A model generated the notes under the pieces. It ran no database searches and had not been told where the DNA came from. It was given only the letters and a program-made list of their open reading frames with translations. Source: Blepharisma stoltei ATCC 30299 (Eukaryota > Protista > Ciliophora). Taken from it: DNA of 64,000 nt. The stretch's first letter is position 1, and each line of letters starts with the position of its first letter. The translations under genes and the position numbers were made by a program. Of the stretch, positions 1 through 12,494 are shown in pieces. Location of the stretch: contig CBFDEM010000021.1 in NCBI GenBank assembly GCA_965603825.1, forward strand, positions 372,001-436,000. Reading direction: 5' to 3'.

Positions 1-384
1 ATTGTTATTTGCCATCCGCGATATAGATTCAAATCTTGAGTTTGATGGTAACTCTTCCGAGCCTGATTCGATTGAATCAATGTAATTCTCTAAATTTGAA
101 GAGGAAGAAGAGGAAGACGAAAAGCTTCTGTCGAATTCCTCCATGCTTTGTTCGTCGTTGTAAAATGGATCGTCTGAGTCCTCGCTGAGGTCGCTGTCAG
201 AGTCCAAAAGTGAATGCTCAGTAGAGTCATTTCGCTGGTGATATGCACGGTTTAGATCTATATTCACATGCTCAAGAAACTCGCCTCCACATCTAGGACA
301 GATAAGCTCATTAGTGTAAATTGGGGAAGTTCTTAAGCAGGCATGGCAATAGAATTGTTGTCTATGTAGAATTGCTCCTTCCAT
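1..384 (-). CDS. Zinc-ribbon protein, probably an RNF115/RNF126-type RING E3 ligase (partial, runs off the window start)
   Basis: ATG at 384; MEGAILHRQQFYCHACLRTSPIYTNELICPRCGGEFLEHV matches the N-terminal C4 zinc ribbon (F-CH-C...CP-C-GGF-E) of that family, followed by an acidic/Ser-rich linker. The RING domain itself is not in the window. Confidence 0.7.
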   Translation of the reverse strand, partial: MEGAILHRQQFYCHACLRTSPIYTNELICPRCGGEFLEHVNIDLNRAYHQRNDSTEHSLLDSDSDLSEDSDDPFYNDEQSMEEFDRSFSSSSSSSSNLENYIDSIESGSEELPSNSRFESISRMANNN

Positions 385-650
385 TTAAATCAAGTTAAGA
401 TAAAAATCTAAAAAATAAAAGACTGCAAATGTGTCAATTAATTAACGAATTTTCTTTAGTTTCATATCAGCAGTTTTCTATTAAAATAAAATTTCATATA
501 AAAATCTCCTTTTTCTTTTCAACACCGTAAGCTTTTGCTTTACTTTTTTTCTTAGCTTTAAAAAGCCCCTTTAAAATCTCTTTTCGTCAGAAGAAAATAG
601 GGATAGCATTTTATACAAAAGAGGTAGATAAATTCAATTATAAAAATTAA

Positions 651-1112
<462 letters not shown>

Positions 1113-1746
1113 GTAATTTTATCTTTTATAAGTTTGATTTAAGTAAATTCTGGATTTAACTATCGCGCAGTATTCCATGATTTTCTTTTAGAATTTCGAT
1201 AATTGACAAAGCAAATAAAGGCAATTAATTATAGAGGTGTTGAAACGAAACACCTAAAGTATTTGTAATTATGTGAAGAAATTTCTTACTTCATATGTTA
1301 TAAATTCACTTAATATGAAGACAATTAATTTTCATGAAATTACTCTTAAGACTAACGGATTAAGCCAAAGCATATGATAAATCCAGCAAATTTTTAATTT
1401 ATTGATAATAAGTCTTTTGGCGGTGAAATCATATACTCTCTTTATATTTATGGGCGCTGAATTGTGGATAATTATCTATAGCGTATAGGAGTTATGAAAG
1501 CTCCTCCAGACTTTAATTATTGATTGCGCATGTGAAATTATTCTAGAGCATGATCTTGAGTAGGGTGCCAGAAATGCATAAGAAAGCTGATGCAGATATC
1601 TATTAGATTTACTGTTGAAAAATTTTATAGCAAGGTATTATGATGGGAAATATATTCTAACTTTTTAAAAGTTGTAAATGATTTATAAATAACTATTAAA
1701 TATTATAAAACATGCTATTATTTACCAAATGGCTTAATAAATTATT

Positions 1747-2211
1747 ATGATGAGTTGCTCCCAAAACTGTTTTACTAAAACAAAGCTTAAAAAAGATCTA
1801 AAAGAACTTGAAAATACTTTGCCAGCAAAATATTCAGTTTGGCCCATATCTTCTCAAAGTATTTATGATTGTATTTGCTCATTAACTGGTCCTAAAAACA
1901 CTCCTTATGAAAATGGGATTTTTTATGTAAGAATAATATTGCCTACTCACAATCATGGCTCTTTTGCTCATATTAAATTTCTCACAAAAATTTACCACCC
2001 TAACATAAATGCGCAATCAGGAAATATATCTTCATTTAATCTGAAAAAAGCTAAAAATGATATAATGCTAATAATAGAAGCATTATATGGCATCCTGAAA
2101 TATCCCAATTTGGCAAATTCTGAGAATATTGAAGCGAGAGATTGCTATATGAATAATATAGAAGAATTTAATAAAGTTACTGCAGAATGGACAAGACTTT
2201 ATGCATCATAA
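1747..2211 (+). CDS. Divergent E2 (UBC-fold) variant with Ser in place of the catalytic Cys
   Basis: [32 protein letters not shown] and EWTRLYA motifs; the canonical G-x-I-C is G-N-I-S. Confidence 0.85.
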   Translation: MMSCSQNCFTKTKLKKDLKELENTLPAKYSVWPISSQSIYDCICSLTGPKNTPYENGIFYVRIILPTHNHGSFAHIKFLTKIYHPNINAQSGNISSFNLKKAKNDIMLIIEALYGILKYPNLANSENIEARDCYMNNIEEFNKVTAEWTRLYAS

Positions 2212-3045
2212 GACGTATTTTAATAAAATGCATTATAAATCAGAGAATTATTAATATGCAAAGTATTAAATCTTGTTTAAGATCTGCCTACTTTAGATTA
2301 GCTTTTCTTGCTTTTTGAATTTTAATTTTATAAAAAATGATATTTTAATCAAAATGGATGTAGTGAATGCAAAAAAAATCTCTCCAAAATTAATTAATAA
2401 GCCTAGTACTCTCAAGACATCTAGTTTAAAATATATTTAATGTATAAGCTAGATTAAGACAAAAAGAAAAATTATTGTGTTGTAGTATCCAGCCAATTCT
2501 GTTTAGTATGATTGAACCTGAATAATAATAGAAAGCAAGATCTTGCATTAGTTTTTGCTTGATAATATCTCTAAACCTTGTTTAAAATATTTAAAAATAA
2601 TTTAAATAATTTTAATAATTATACCTCAATTAATAGCCAACAAGCAGCAAGATCCCCATAATTTTTGTAGCAAGAATTATAAAATAGATTTATATTAAAT
2701 TAAATAAGAGCGAGCAAATAAGCTTGCTTGCTCTTAAAGAGGCGAAGTCAGCTAATAGATTAGATCTTAAATTTAATAATTAATACCAATTATCAACTGA
2801 GTGGGTAAGATTATATATGCCAAACAATTATTTTTAATTAAATATTAGAAAAGCATAATATAAATATTTTTTCGGGAAAATTAGATGTTAGCTGTGACCA
2901 GAATTTTTGGAAAACAATTTTGGACAAAATGTTTGTGGAAGTGTCTCACTAGTAAAAAATCCTGATCAAATGATATAGAGCCCTGTATGCAAACAAAATT
3001 TTGTTTAATCATGAATGAATTAAGATTTGTGTTTATAAATAATTT

Positions 3046-4407
3046 TTAATCTGAATCACTACTATTTGCACTGCTGGTAATCATATTATCTTCTTCTCCA
3101 CTACTTGTTGTGTACTCTCCTAAGTTTTTTCTGATGACTCTTCCTGGTGGACTTACACTTTTCAAAAAGGCTCCTGGTCTAAGCTTCTCCATAATCCATT
3201 CATCCCCAGGTCTGATAAAGCAAGTGATTTTCCCTTGTTTTTCTCCTCTTCCAACCCTTCCTACTCTTTGCAATAATGAAGAGTTATTTGATACTGAATC
3301 AAAAAGCACTACATGCTCCACGTCTAAATTTAGCCCTCTTGTTACAATTTCAGAAGCCACAAGAACCCTTGCTTCTCCCCTCAAAAATTTATAAAAGTCA
3401 TCTGCTCGACGCTCTGCAAGCATATGTGTATTTATTGTTGCATAAGAAATGCCACAATCACCCAACATATTTTTAATGTCTTCAAGCTTATGCTTAGTAT
3501 TCGCATATATAAGGAATTTTTTTGATCTGCTTACATTTAAAAGATGTTTTAAATGCTCAATGTCTGTCATGCTATTGTGATTATCTTCACCAAGTTGAAT
3601 AAAGTCAATTTTTAAGTTTGAGCTTACTCTTTCATAATTTTCTGATTGGTATATATGAGTTGGCCTTATTATACTTGTCATAGACCTTATATCATCATTA
3701 GAAGATGACATAGAGCACACAAACTGTCTACCTTTTGTACCAATATTTTTCAGCACATTAAATATAGGATCCACATAATATCTATCAGTCAGCAGCAAAT
3801 CACATTCATCAAAAACCACAGTGCGAGGATCAAAATTAAACTGTTTCACATGTTTCAAATAATTTACTATCACTTCAATACCCCTTGCCCCGGTAATCGC
3901 AATATCCCATGCATTCCAATCCAAATTGCGGGCCATATTAATCAATCCTAATTTTCTTAGCTGGCTTGCGTTTGCAGATTCTGCCTTGAAAAACTGAATA
4001 ACTCCAGCCAGATCATGCATCCCTGTTGTTCGAAAAATTGCTAGTTCTGGAAAAAGCATTCTCAGAGTTGTATAGGTCTGAAAGATCAATTCTCTATTAG
4101 GAATTACTATTAGAGCTCCATGCTTGCCCAGATTTTCAAATTTTTCATGTTCCTTATTGAAAGCTCATTGCAGGTTTTGTTCTTGGAAGAGCTCAAGGAT
4201 TTGGGATCTGTTATTTTCTTGGGAAATTTTCTGGGCTAATGCGATCATTCATGCTAAAGATTTGCCACAACCTGATTCTCCAGCCATTAAAACGTTTTGG
4301 TCACTGAGCAGGCCTGGCAGAGCTTGTTTTTGATAGGTATTCAAAGCTTGGATGCCCAATTTTTTTAAGTTTGCTTGGAGAATTGGGTTAAGGCTAGAGA
4401 GAGCCAT
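3046..4407 (-). CDS. DEAD/DExD-box RNA helicase, divergent (453 aa)
   Basis: Frame extends to the ATG at 4407 through one TGA(Trp); Q-motif YQ, motif I GESGCGKS, motif II DECD, motif V TRGLN, motif VI QRVGRVGR. Confidence 0.88.
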
Positions 4408-4478
4408 TATCGAATTTTTTAATAATAAAATATACTAAAAACTTAAGAAAAATTATTTAGAAAATAATTGAAAGCAAT

Positions 4479-4922
4479 ATGCACTTAAAGCGACTTAAAA
4501 GAGAACTATATCAGTTTAGAATGTTGAGCCACAAATTTTATAATGTATGACAAGTTGATGAAAATGATATTGAAAATTTAATTGGAGCAATTGCTGGGCC
4601 TACTGGAAGTCCATATGAAGGAGGAATATTTTTTGTCAAGATAACAATCCCAAATATTTTTCCACTGAAAAGTCCTAGCATTACTTTTCTGACGAAAATT
4701 TATCATATCAACATATGCGAATCTACAGGAGCTGTATCCCCAGATTGTGATTTATGATTTCCATTCGTGACTTTGACAGAAATGATGGAAAATTTGTTGG
4801 CTTTGCTAAGAGAGCCTGATCTTGACTGTATTGCAAATCAAATTAGCTACGATCGATATACAAGAAACATAGAAAGATACGAAGAAACAGCTAAAGAATG
4901 GACACAGCTATATGCGATTTAA
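4479..4922 (+). CDS. Second divergent E2 (UBC-fold) variant with Ser at the catalytic position (147 aa, absent from the ORF track)
   Basis: MHLKRLKREL...GPTGSPYEGGIFFVKI.IP..FPLKSPSITFLTKIYHINICESTGAVSPDCDLWFP...ETAKEWTQLYAI-TAA; two TGA(Trp), one at the conserved W of W-S-P. Confidence 0.85.
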
Positions 4923-5096
4923 TTTTCAAATTAAATTATGTATTTTAAGGAGTTTTAATTCATCATGCTCTTTAACTAGACATTATAGCTTGCATCAAAT
5001 ATAAAATAGATTTTAATTTTTAAATTGTCTGAATTAATCTTAGCTCTTGAGACACTTTTATATTTAATTTGCAGCAATTATGATAATAATATTTAA

Positions 5097-5648
<552 letters not shown>

Positions 5649-6325
5649 TGCTATTAATTATTATTTGGGATAATCATAACAACTTAATTTTAATTGAATA
5701 GTAAAAGTAAATTTTTATAAATTAAAGGAACGAGTAAACTTTGAATTTTTGAGATTTGATCTGCTTTTAAAGAGGCTGTTAAATTAATTTTAGGCAAATA
5801 AATAATCATTGATAGAAAAAGGATTTGTTTACATTGAGGATATAATATATTAATCAGCAGATAACCGAAAAAATTGTGGAAATTATAGATTAGGCATTTC
5901 TGGGTTGAAGGAAAGAGAAATGTTTCACATGGCAAACATTTGGTGGGTGAGAAAAACTCGTCAGAAAACCAAAAATTAACATCAAATTTGTTTTGTTTGT
6001 CAAAGAAGCTTGAAAAACCAAAAATTAAGATGACATTAAAATTAGCTTTTAAATTTGGCTTGCACAATATTTTTGGCAAACAATTGATGTTAATTTTTTT
6101 GTGCCTATTTTTCTTTTGCAAATCCCAGGATGGGCGAGCTGATCCTCCAACACAAAATTTCTACCGAGGATGCAATTCCATACTGTTTTTCGACTATCTG
6201 CTGATGAATAATTATTAATATAATTTCGCATTCATCTCTTCCAATGACTAATTTTGATAATTATTTTTATTAATGTAAATTAAATAATAATTTACTATAA
6301 AATGGATTTTATTTAAATTCGAAAA

Positions 6326-7435
6326 TTATTCTAGAAGTATGATCTGCCCTTTCTTTGTCCCCAAAAATATTTGATGAGTATCTTTGTTTATCCCAATTAC
6401 ACTTATATTGTGCTCTTTTGGTATACAAATAGTATTTATGAGATTTCCTTCTTCTTTATTGATTATATGAGCAAGTTTTAACACTTTATCAAATACTATC
6501 ACCAAATCTTTATTACTGCAGGCAATAATGCTAAAGCCACTTGAAGGCACAAATCTCTCAAAATTAGACAAAAAGTATAGTTTTCCAGAAGAAAAATTAA
6601 CTATCATATCATCTCCCTCTATCCCACAGATTTCGACAATTGAGTCTTCGCATAGGATCTTTGTTTGGCAAGTAGTATAATTAATAGCGAAAATTTTATT
6701 TCAGAATAAGAACATTAAGCTGCCATTATTGATTTCATATTCGATTGAACTGTTGAGGCCTAAGATCTTTATTTTTCTTATCAATTCTGAGTTTATGGTA
6801 TAGATTTCTATAAAAATTCCATCAATTAAATCTTTTGATACTAAAATGTAGCCGTTAGAATATTTTAGGTTTCCTTGGGTGTTCATTGGGAATATGGCTA
6901 CAGTTCTCCCTGTGGTAATATTTCATACCTGGAACTCATTTACAGTTTTGCATGTAAAAATCCCTCTGCCACAGTCTATTTGATCAAAGAAGCTATATAA
7001 AATTTGAACCGAGAAAAAAATTTCTGTTCTGAAATCGGATCTTTCTTCTAAAGAGTTTAAAGAAATCGAATAGAATCTCATTAATTCCGAATTTTTATGT
7101 CTGAGCAAGAGAATAAGGGATTTCTTTAGGAAAAAAGCTTTGAAACAGATCTCAAAAGGTGCTGTTAACAGAAATGGTTGAGTATTAGGAATAGCTGAGT
7201 GATATATGCATCTTCCAAGCTTATCAACTGTGATAAGATGGCTTGCTTTACTTTTAAGGAAAATTATAGGAGATTCTGGTTTATAAATTCCTATACTGTG
7301 GTTAGGCGTTATGCGCTAATTAGTAATTACAGCTAAATTCCAAACTCGCTGGCTAAGGATTTGCAAGCTAGGTATAAAAGAGAACCCTTTAATTTCTCTT
7401 TGTCATATATATTCAGAAATAGGATTTTCTTCCAT
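6326..7435 (-). CDS. Hypothetical protein, possibly a beta-propeller/WD-like fold (364 aa, 1 intron)
   Basis: ATG at 7435; ORF fragments at 6923, 6701 and 6326 share one frame and are joined by TGA(Trp); 15-nt intron at 7316-7330; C-terminus IFLGTKKGQIILLE resembles a WD-type last blade. Confidence 0.7.
7316..7330 (-). other. 15-nt spliceosomal intron
   Basis: GTAATTACTAATTAG; removal deletes an in-frame TAG and restores the frame. Confidence 0.8.
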
Positions 7436-8408
7436 AAATTATTATATTTAGCTGACGAATAATGAATAATAATGTTTATTATTATTATTATTATTATTTT
7501 ATATAATGATACTTTAGAAATCTAAGAATCAATTTTCTGTAAAAAAACGAAAATTACCATTCATTTTTTATTATAAAAATTATGTCTGATATGACAGCTA
7601 GGGCTATAAGATATATAAAAAATTTAATAATTATTTATTAATAAAATCTATTAAATAGCAATCCTATATTTTAGGCTTTTAGCTTAATTTATTGTTTGGA
7701 AACATCAGAATAAGTAAAGATCGTTTACTTCTCATGCTCGAATATTCTTGCTGATCAGCATTTCTACAGATATTTATGTAAACTGAATATTTCTCCCTAC
7801 CTTGGACTTAATAAATACAAAATGATATTTTAAAATTTGGCACAATTTTACCGAGATGCTTTATATATCCTTCATATTACATACCAGCATTATCAGTATT
7901 ATATCAATTGCTTAATAGTTTTAAATTACAATCGAATATCAGACTTTGTACATTGTGGTTCCTTTTTCTCTCATTTTTTTTTGGAAATAGGGATAAGTTT
8001 TCCACACTTCATACAAGTAAAATAAGATGGGTAATTACTTTTCATATTACCTTTATGTCTTTTCGCAAGAATTTTATAATTAAAATACATAATATAGTTC
8101 TTATGTGCCAAGCTCTTTTATATAGTTAATTTGAATTCTTCGACAGTAATCCTGAAGACATCCTACTCAAATTATTGGAATGCATTATAAAGGTAGAAAA
8201 TATACAAGAACTTAATAATATCATGATTCCTACAATTAGCTGCTAAATTTTAAGACAATTTCTTTTAATTTCATTACTTTTACCAAAGATTTATTTAGTA
8301 TTGATCTTATTGGTTAAATCAATTGTTTTTTTAAATTGTTATTAAATTAACAGAGTAAATATTCTCAAATGAATTCCAGATTTTATATTTCCCCGTCTTT
8401 TATATTAA

Positions 8409-9122
8409 ATGGAGAGAAAACATCTGTACTGCATACGGCATGCTCAAAGTACATACAACCAAGCAGCCTTGGAATATGAAAATCAAGGCAAAAAATCACA
8501 GATTCACGAACTCAAGTGGAACATCGAATATATAGACGCTGAACTTTCTGCCTTTGGAGAACTCCAAGCTCTCAATGCAGTTCCTGAAGCTCATGCACTT
8601 CGGGTTCAAACAGTATTTGTTTCTCCATTCCGCCGAGCACTTCGCACTGCTCAGATATTATTTGAAAATCACCCAGATAACCCAGATATCATTGTTCACC
8701 CACTTTTAGCAGAGAAATTAAAAAACGTCCCTGATGTCTCTGTGTGGCAAGGCACTCCATACTCTCAATATCCCAATTTTGACTGAAGTCTGATGCCAAA
8801 CAATTACTTTTTGTTCGACCTTGTTCGAAATGCACATACCGCAAGGCTTAAAACTCTCCCAATAGAGCAAATCCCTAGGAAACTTTTAGATGAAATGGTT
8901 TCAATGATTCCTGAAAAAATTGAGCCCGCAGAGGACATGTACAAAAGAGCTCAGGAATCAAAAGAAATCTGGAAAAAGAGCGCACTCAGTGGAAGTGTTG
9001 CATTGGTGTCACATTCTAACTTTTTTAAGTTTTTCACGATGAAACATGACGAAAATGGGTCCACTTTTAGGTGGCTGAATAATTGTGAAATTTATGAGTA
9101 CGAAGAAGTCGATCTGGATTAG
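8409..9122 (+). CDS. Histidine phosphatase / phosphoglycerate mutase superfamily protein (237 aa)
   Basis: CIRHAQS (RH-G/A motif), SPFRRALRTA, VSHS; ORFs 8409 and 8793 joined by TGA(Trp) at 8784; ends TAG. Confidence 0.9.
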
Positions 9123-9325
9123 ATAATAAATTAGTAACCTTAAAGATTTTTTAGGTTTAGACGTAAATAATTATTCATAGCATTAAATATTGAATATTAG
9201 ATTATAATTAAGAACTTTGAATCATTATTTTAATAAATTAATATATAAAATGAAATATCTTTTATTTATTATAATTTATAAAACCTAAATTAACTTATTT
9301 TAGCAAAAGGGGGATTATAATTCAA

Positions 9326-10273
9326 ATGAGAGAGGTTGCGCTTTTGGCTTTAATGAGAGGAGTTTCCAATACATCTAGAGTTCTCGGTCTAGAAGAAAAG
9401 CAAGTTCAAGAATGAATAAGACAAATCGGAAACGATGACCCTTTTTTTGATGCTCTTCGTGGCTTGCTCTATGAAAGTATCAAACAATCTGGGATTGAAG
9501 GAACATCCAAAACTTTCAAAGTTGCAGTCCCCACCTTAGAGAAGCTCCAGCTTTATTTCGAAAATAATTCAGGATGTCCTCCACTTATTACTCCTGACTA
9601 TGCTAAAGCCTATCCTGTAGACAATAAAAATGCGCATGAAACTGCATCAAATTATTACTCAACTCCCTATCGACCAAGATCAGAAGATTTAAAAGCTAAA
9701 AAAAACGAAGATGACATGGATATAGAAAAAGAAACAATCACCACCTTACCCCCTGCTATAAAACCTGTAAAAGTTATAGAAATAAAAAGTGCTGTCATGA
9801 AGCAGCCAAATAATGAAATAAAAAGACCTGAAAGAAACGCATTTTTAATATCAGAAGACGATTTATTAGAAGAATGATTCGCAGAAGATGATGTTGGAAT
9901 TTTTGAAGACATGGAAGAAGAAATACAAGACATCGAGGAAGAAAATGACTCCAGCTCAGAAGAGGAAGAAATGATGAATACTCAAGGATTTTTAAGCACA
10001 ATTAAAACAGATTTTAAGGCTGAAAAAGATTCTATTGATGCAGCAACCAAGCTAATGCTTGTAGGAGAAGCTTTGAAAGAAGGAGGAGGGAAGTTTGCAG
10101 CAACTGCGAATAGATATGGAGTAAATCGGAAGCAACTGAGGAGATGGGTGCTAACATTTCAGACTAATGGAAATGTTTTTCCGACGTTGCTAAAAGGAAA
10201 AGCGGCTTCAGAAACTTTGCAAGCGGTTGCAAAAGATTTCACTGATTCTGAAGGAGAAATCTCAGTTTTATAA
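9326..10273 (+). CDS. Putative DNA-binding protein with repeated helix-turn-helix motifs and an acidic region (315 aa)
   Basis: ATG at 9326; one frame through two TGA; motifs GVSNTSRVLGLEEKQVQEWIR, GIEGTSKTFKVAVPTLEKL and KFAATANRYGVNRKQLRRWV. Confidence 0.7.
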
Positions 10274-10388
10274 TTGGTTATTGCGAAGCAAAATGAATAT
10301 ATTAATTGCAATGATAGATTGTATAATTTAATACACTTTATATATTAATATTTCTCTTATCGTATTATTATTTGATTCTTACTTAAAA

Positions 10389-11249
10389 TTAGGTAATCTT
10401 AGGGGTGTTGAGAAAATTATCAAAGAAAGGCATGAATTGAGACGTTTTTTTGGAGTAACTTAGGTATTCTGTCCCAAAAAACTCTAGCAAGGTGTATTCT
10501 TCATAACTGTATAAAGGTTACTAAATTCTTCCACTAAAAAACTGCCTAGAGGTGATAAAAAAGCCTATTGAGCAGATAATGTTGCCTAACATTATTTGTG
10601 TACCAACTGACCAAAGAAACCAGCCGAGATAGCTAGGATGGCGGCATATTCTAAATAGGAGTTACTTGTAAAATCCTGACGTGACAAGTGTGTGGGTTTC
10701 TTTTTTGCTGTTTTGTATCAGGTGAGTAAAATTCGAGCCTGCATTGATTTCTGCGCCAATTCTGAAGAAATGTCCAATCACTACCACAAAAATCCCAATG
10801 CACAACGCAAGCCAATTATAAAACATTTCTGGGAACGGGATTGCCAGCTTTATAGCGTGCTCAATAAAAGAAATAATAATAGCTAGTTCGTATTCTCTGC
10901 TATGATTTAATAGATAAGCTGCATAAAAGTTACTTGAAAATTTTGCGGATTGGGGGTGGAAATAAGATTGCGTCAAGAATTCTGATACGTGAAATATGCA
11001 GAGAGAAAGCAAATAAAGCTTCAGTGATATTCCCCAGCATGAGTCTGGCAGATATTCAAATCCTAGCTGCGTAATTGTGCATAGAGCAAATGAAGTAAAT
11101 GCTATTAGCGTGGAAGATTTTTCTATTGTTGGCTTTAAGCTTAGGAGGTCAAACAGAAGTAGCCCTGCTAAAATAAAAATTGCTAAATAGCTATTGAATA
11201 TTGAAATAATAACCCCTATAAAGCTACTCAAGCATAAAATTCTTTCCAT
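10389..11249 (-). CDS. ICMT: Protein-S-isoprenylcysteine O-methyltransferase (ICMT/STE14), 3 introns, about 271 aa
   Basis: FHVSEF, YLLNHSREY, AGSNFTHLIQ, HTLVTSGFY, CRHPSYLGWFLWSVGTQ, RIYYEEYTLLEFFG after removing introns 10919-10933, 10651-10665 and 10507-10521. Confidence 0.95.
10507..10521 (-). other. 15-nt intron
   Basis: GTAACCTTTATACAG; removal restores the RI-x-x-EE motif. Confidence 0.9.
10651..10665 (-). other. 15-nt intron
   Basis: GTAACTCCTATTTAG; removal joins G-x-Y to RHPSY with family spacing. Confidence 0.9.
10919..10933 (-). other. 15-nt intron (in-frame, stop-free)
   Basis: GTAACTTTTATGCAG; removal gives HPQSAKFSTYLLNHS, matching ICMT family spacing before LLNHS. Confidence 0.75.
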
Positions 11250-11259
11250 AGTAACATAA

Positions 11260-11799
11260 ATGGAAGAGCCTCATGTTACCAGAACTGTAACAAGAAAAAT
11301 TCCATTAGAGTTTATACACATAAAAAGCCCAATAGAAGGCGTCAAAAAAAAGCTTGATGAGACTCTGAATATATGAAATGAATCTCTTCAAGGGGTCATG
11401 GAAAGCTATTCAAAAGTGGCCATAAAGGATAACAAAGCACGCATTTTAGATGAGTATGGATACTTATTGGTCACTGTAGAGTATACAGGAGAGTATTTTA
11501 TTCCAAAAATTGGCCAGAAAATGAAGGGAAAAGTGACAACGATAAGTCCAGACCAAATTGCTTTGCTAGTGGATGGAGTATTCAATGCTGTGATTCCAAA
11601 GGACAATGCTGGACCTTGGAAGTATAAAGAAGAAAACTGGAAACTGGGAGGAAGAAATCTGGAGCAGAATGATGAAATAAAGTTTGTGGTCCAAAAGTAA
11701 AAATTATTTAGGATTGAGGTCCAATCTGAGTATATGCTAATTGTAGGGCAGATTCCTGTCGAAGTGGAGGCGCCGAAAAAGAAGCCAAGACACCACTAA
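11260..11799 (+). CDS. RPA43: RNA polymerase Rpb7-like stalk subunit, most likely Pol I RPA43 (174 aa, 1 intron)
   Basis: ATG at 11260; SPIEGVKKKLDETLNIW(TGA)NESLQGVMESY, S1-like FIPKIGQKMKGKV...IALLVDGVFNAVI; intron 11697-11711; basic tail PKKKPR. Confidence 0.7.
11697..11711 (+). other. 15-nt intron
   Basis: GTAAAAATTATTTAG; contains the TAA that ends the track ORF. Confidence 0.85.
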
Positions 11800-11911
11800 C
11801 CAGATACAAATAATTTATTTTGCCAATTTTTTATTGATTCATGATATTTAAAAAAGAATATTTATTATTAAACTTATACAAAACTCATGCTTTAATTCAG
11901 TTATATCCTCT

Positions 11912-12409
11912 TTACAAATCACCAAAATCTTCAAACCCCTGAGTCCTGTTTTTAAGCAATTTGTCTTTCATTTCTGCAATCCATTCAAGCATTGACTGCC
12001 TTGATAGCGTTCTCGGCGTGCATCCAATATTAGATAGCGTTCTTTTATCCTGAAAGCTTCTGTCTAAATTGAAATCGTCCATTAAGTCTATGAATCAATA
12101 AGGCAATTTTGCGTCAGGGAGCTTAATTGACCTAACAATATCATTTTTTTTAAATTCTGCTAAAGCTAAGCTGTCGTCAGATATTTCATATCTTCCTTGG
12201 GATTTAAGTGAGCTCAGAGGTTTTAAAAATAAATTTTTAGGGTGTCTTTTGAAACTCGTCGAATGAGAAGCTGTAGATGTTGTCGATTCAGGCATTATCT
12301 TTGGTAACGACTTGATTTTTGGGAGGGTATTTAGCTTAGGAACGTATTTAATTGGAGGTTTTTCAAAGGAATTAAGAGTTTTTTGGGAGCTTGGGTTTCT
12401 TTTTAACAT
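11912..12409 (-). CDS. Hypothetical basic protein (165 aa)
   Basis: ORF 12095..12409 continues through TGA(Trp) to TAA at 11912-11914. Confidence 0.65.
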
Positions 12410-12494
12410 TACTGTTAATAAAATACTGGACTAGCTATTATAAATAGAATGAGAAAGGAATATTTTTTATGTGTAGAGGTTATTATAAGCTACA

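Noticed and set aside
1415-1423. E2F-like site TTTTGGCGG upstream of the first E2 variant
   Set aside because: A single short motif over 300 bp from the ATG; indistinguishable from chance without conservation data.
5690-6231. ORFs 5690..6121, 5940..6218 and 6049..6231
   Set aside because: They overlap, most have non-ATG starts, no motifs are recognisable, and I found no intron that joins them. A gene cannot be supported.
7837-8185. Short ORFs and a minus-strand CMKC-containing fragment
   Set aside because: AT-rich and interrupted by TAA stops. It could be a decayed gene, but the evidence is insufficient.
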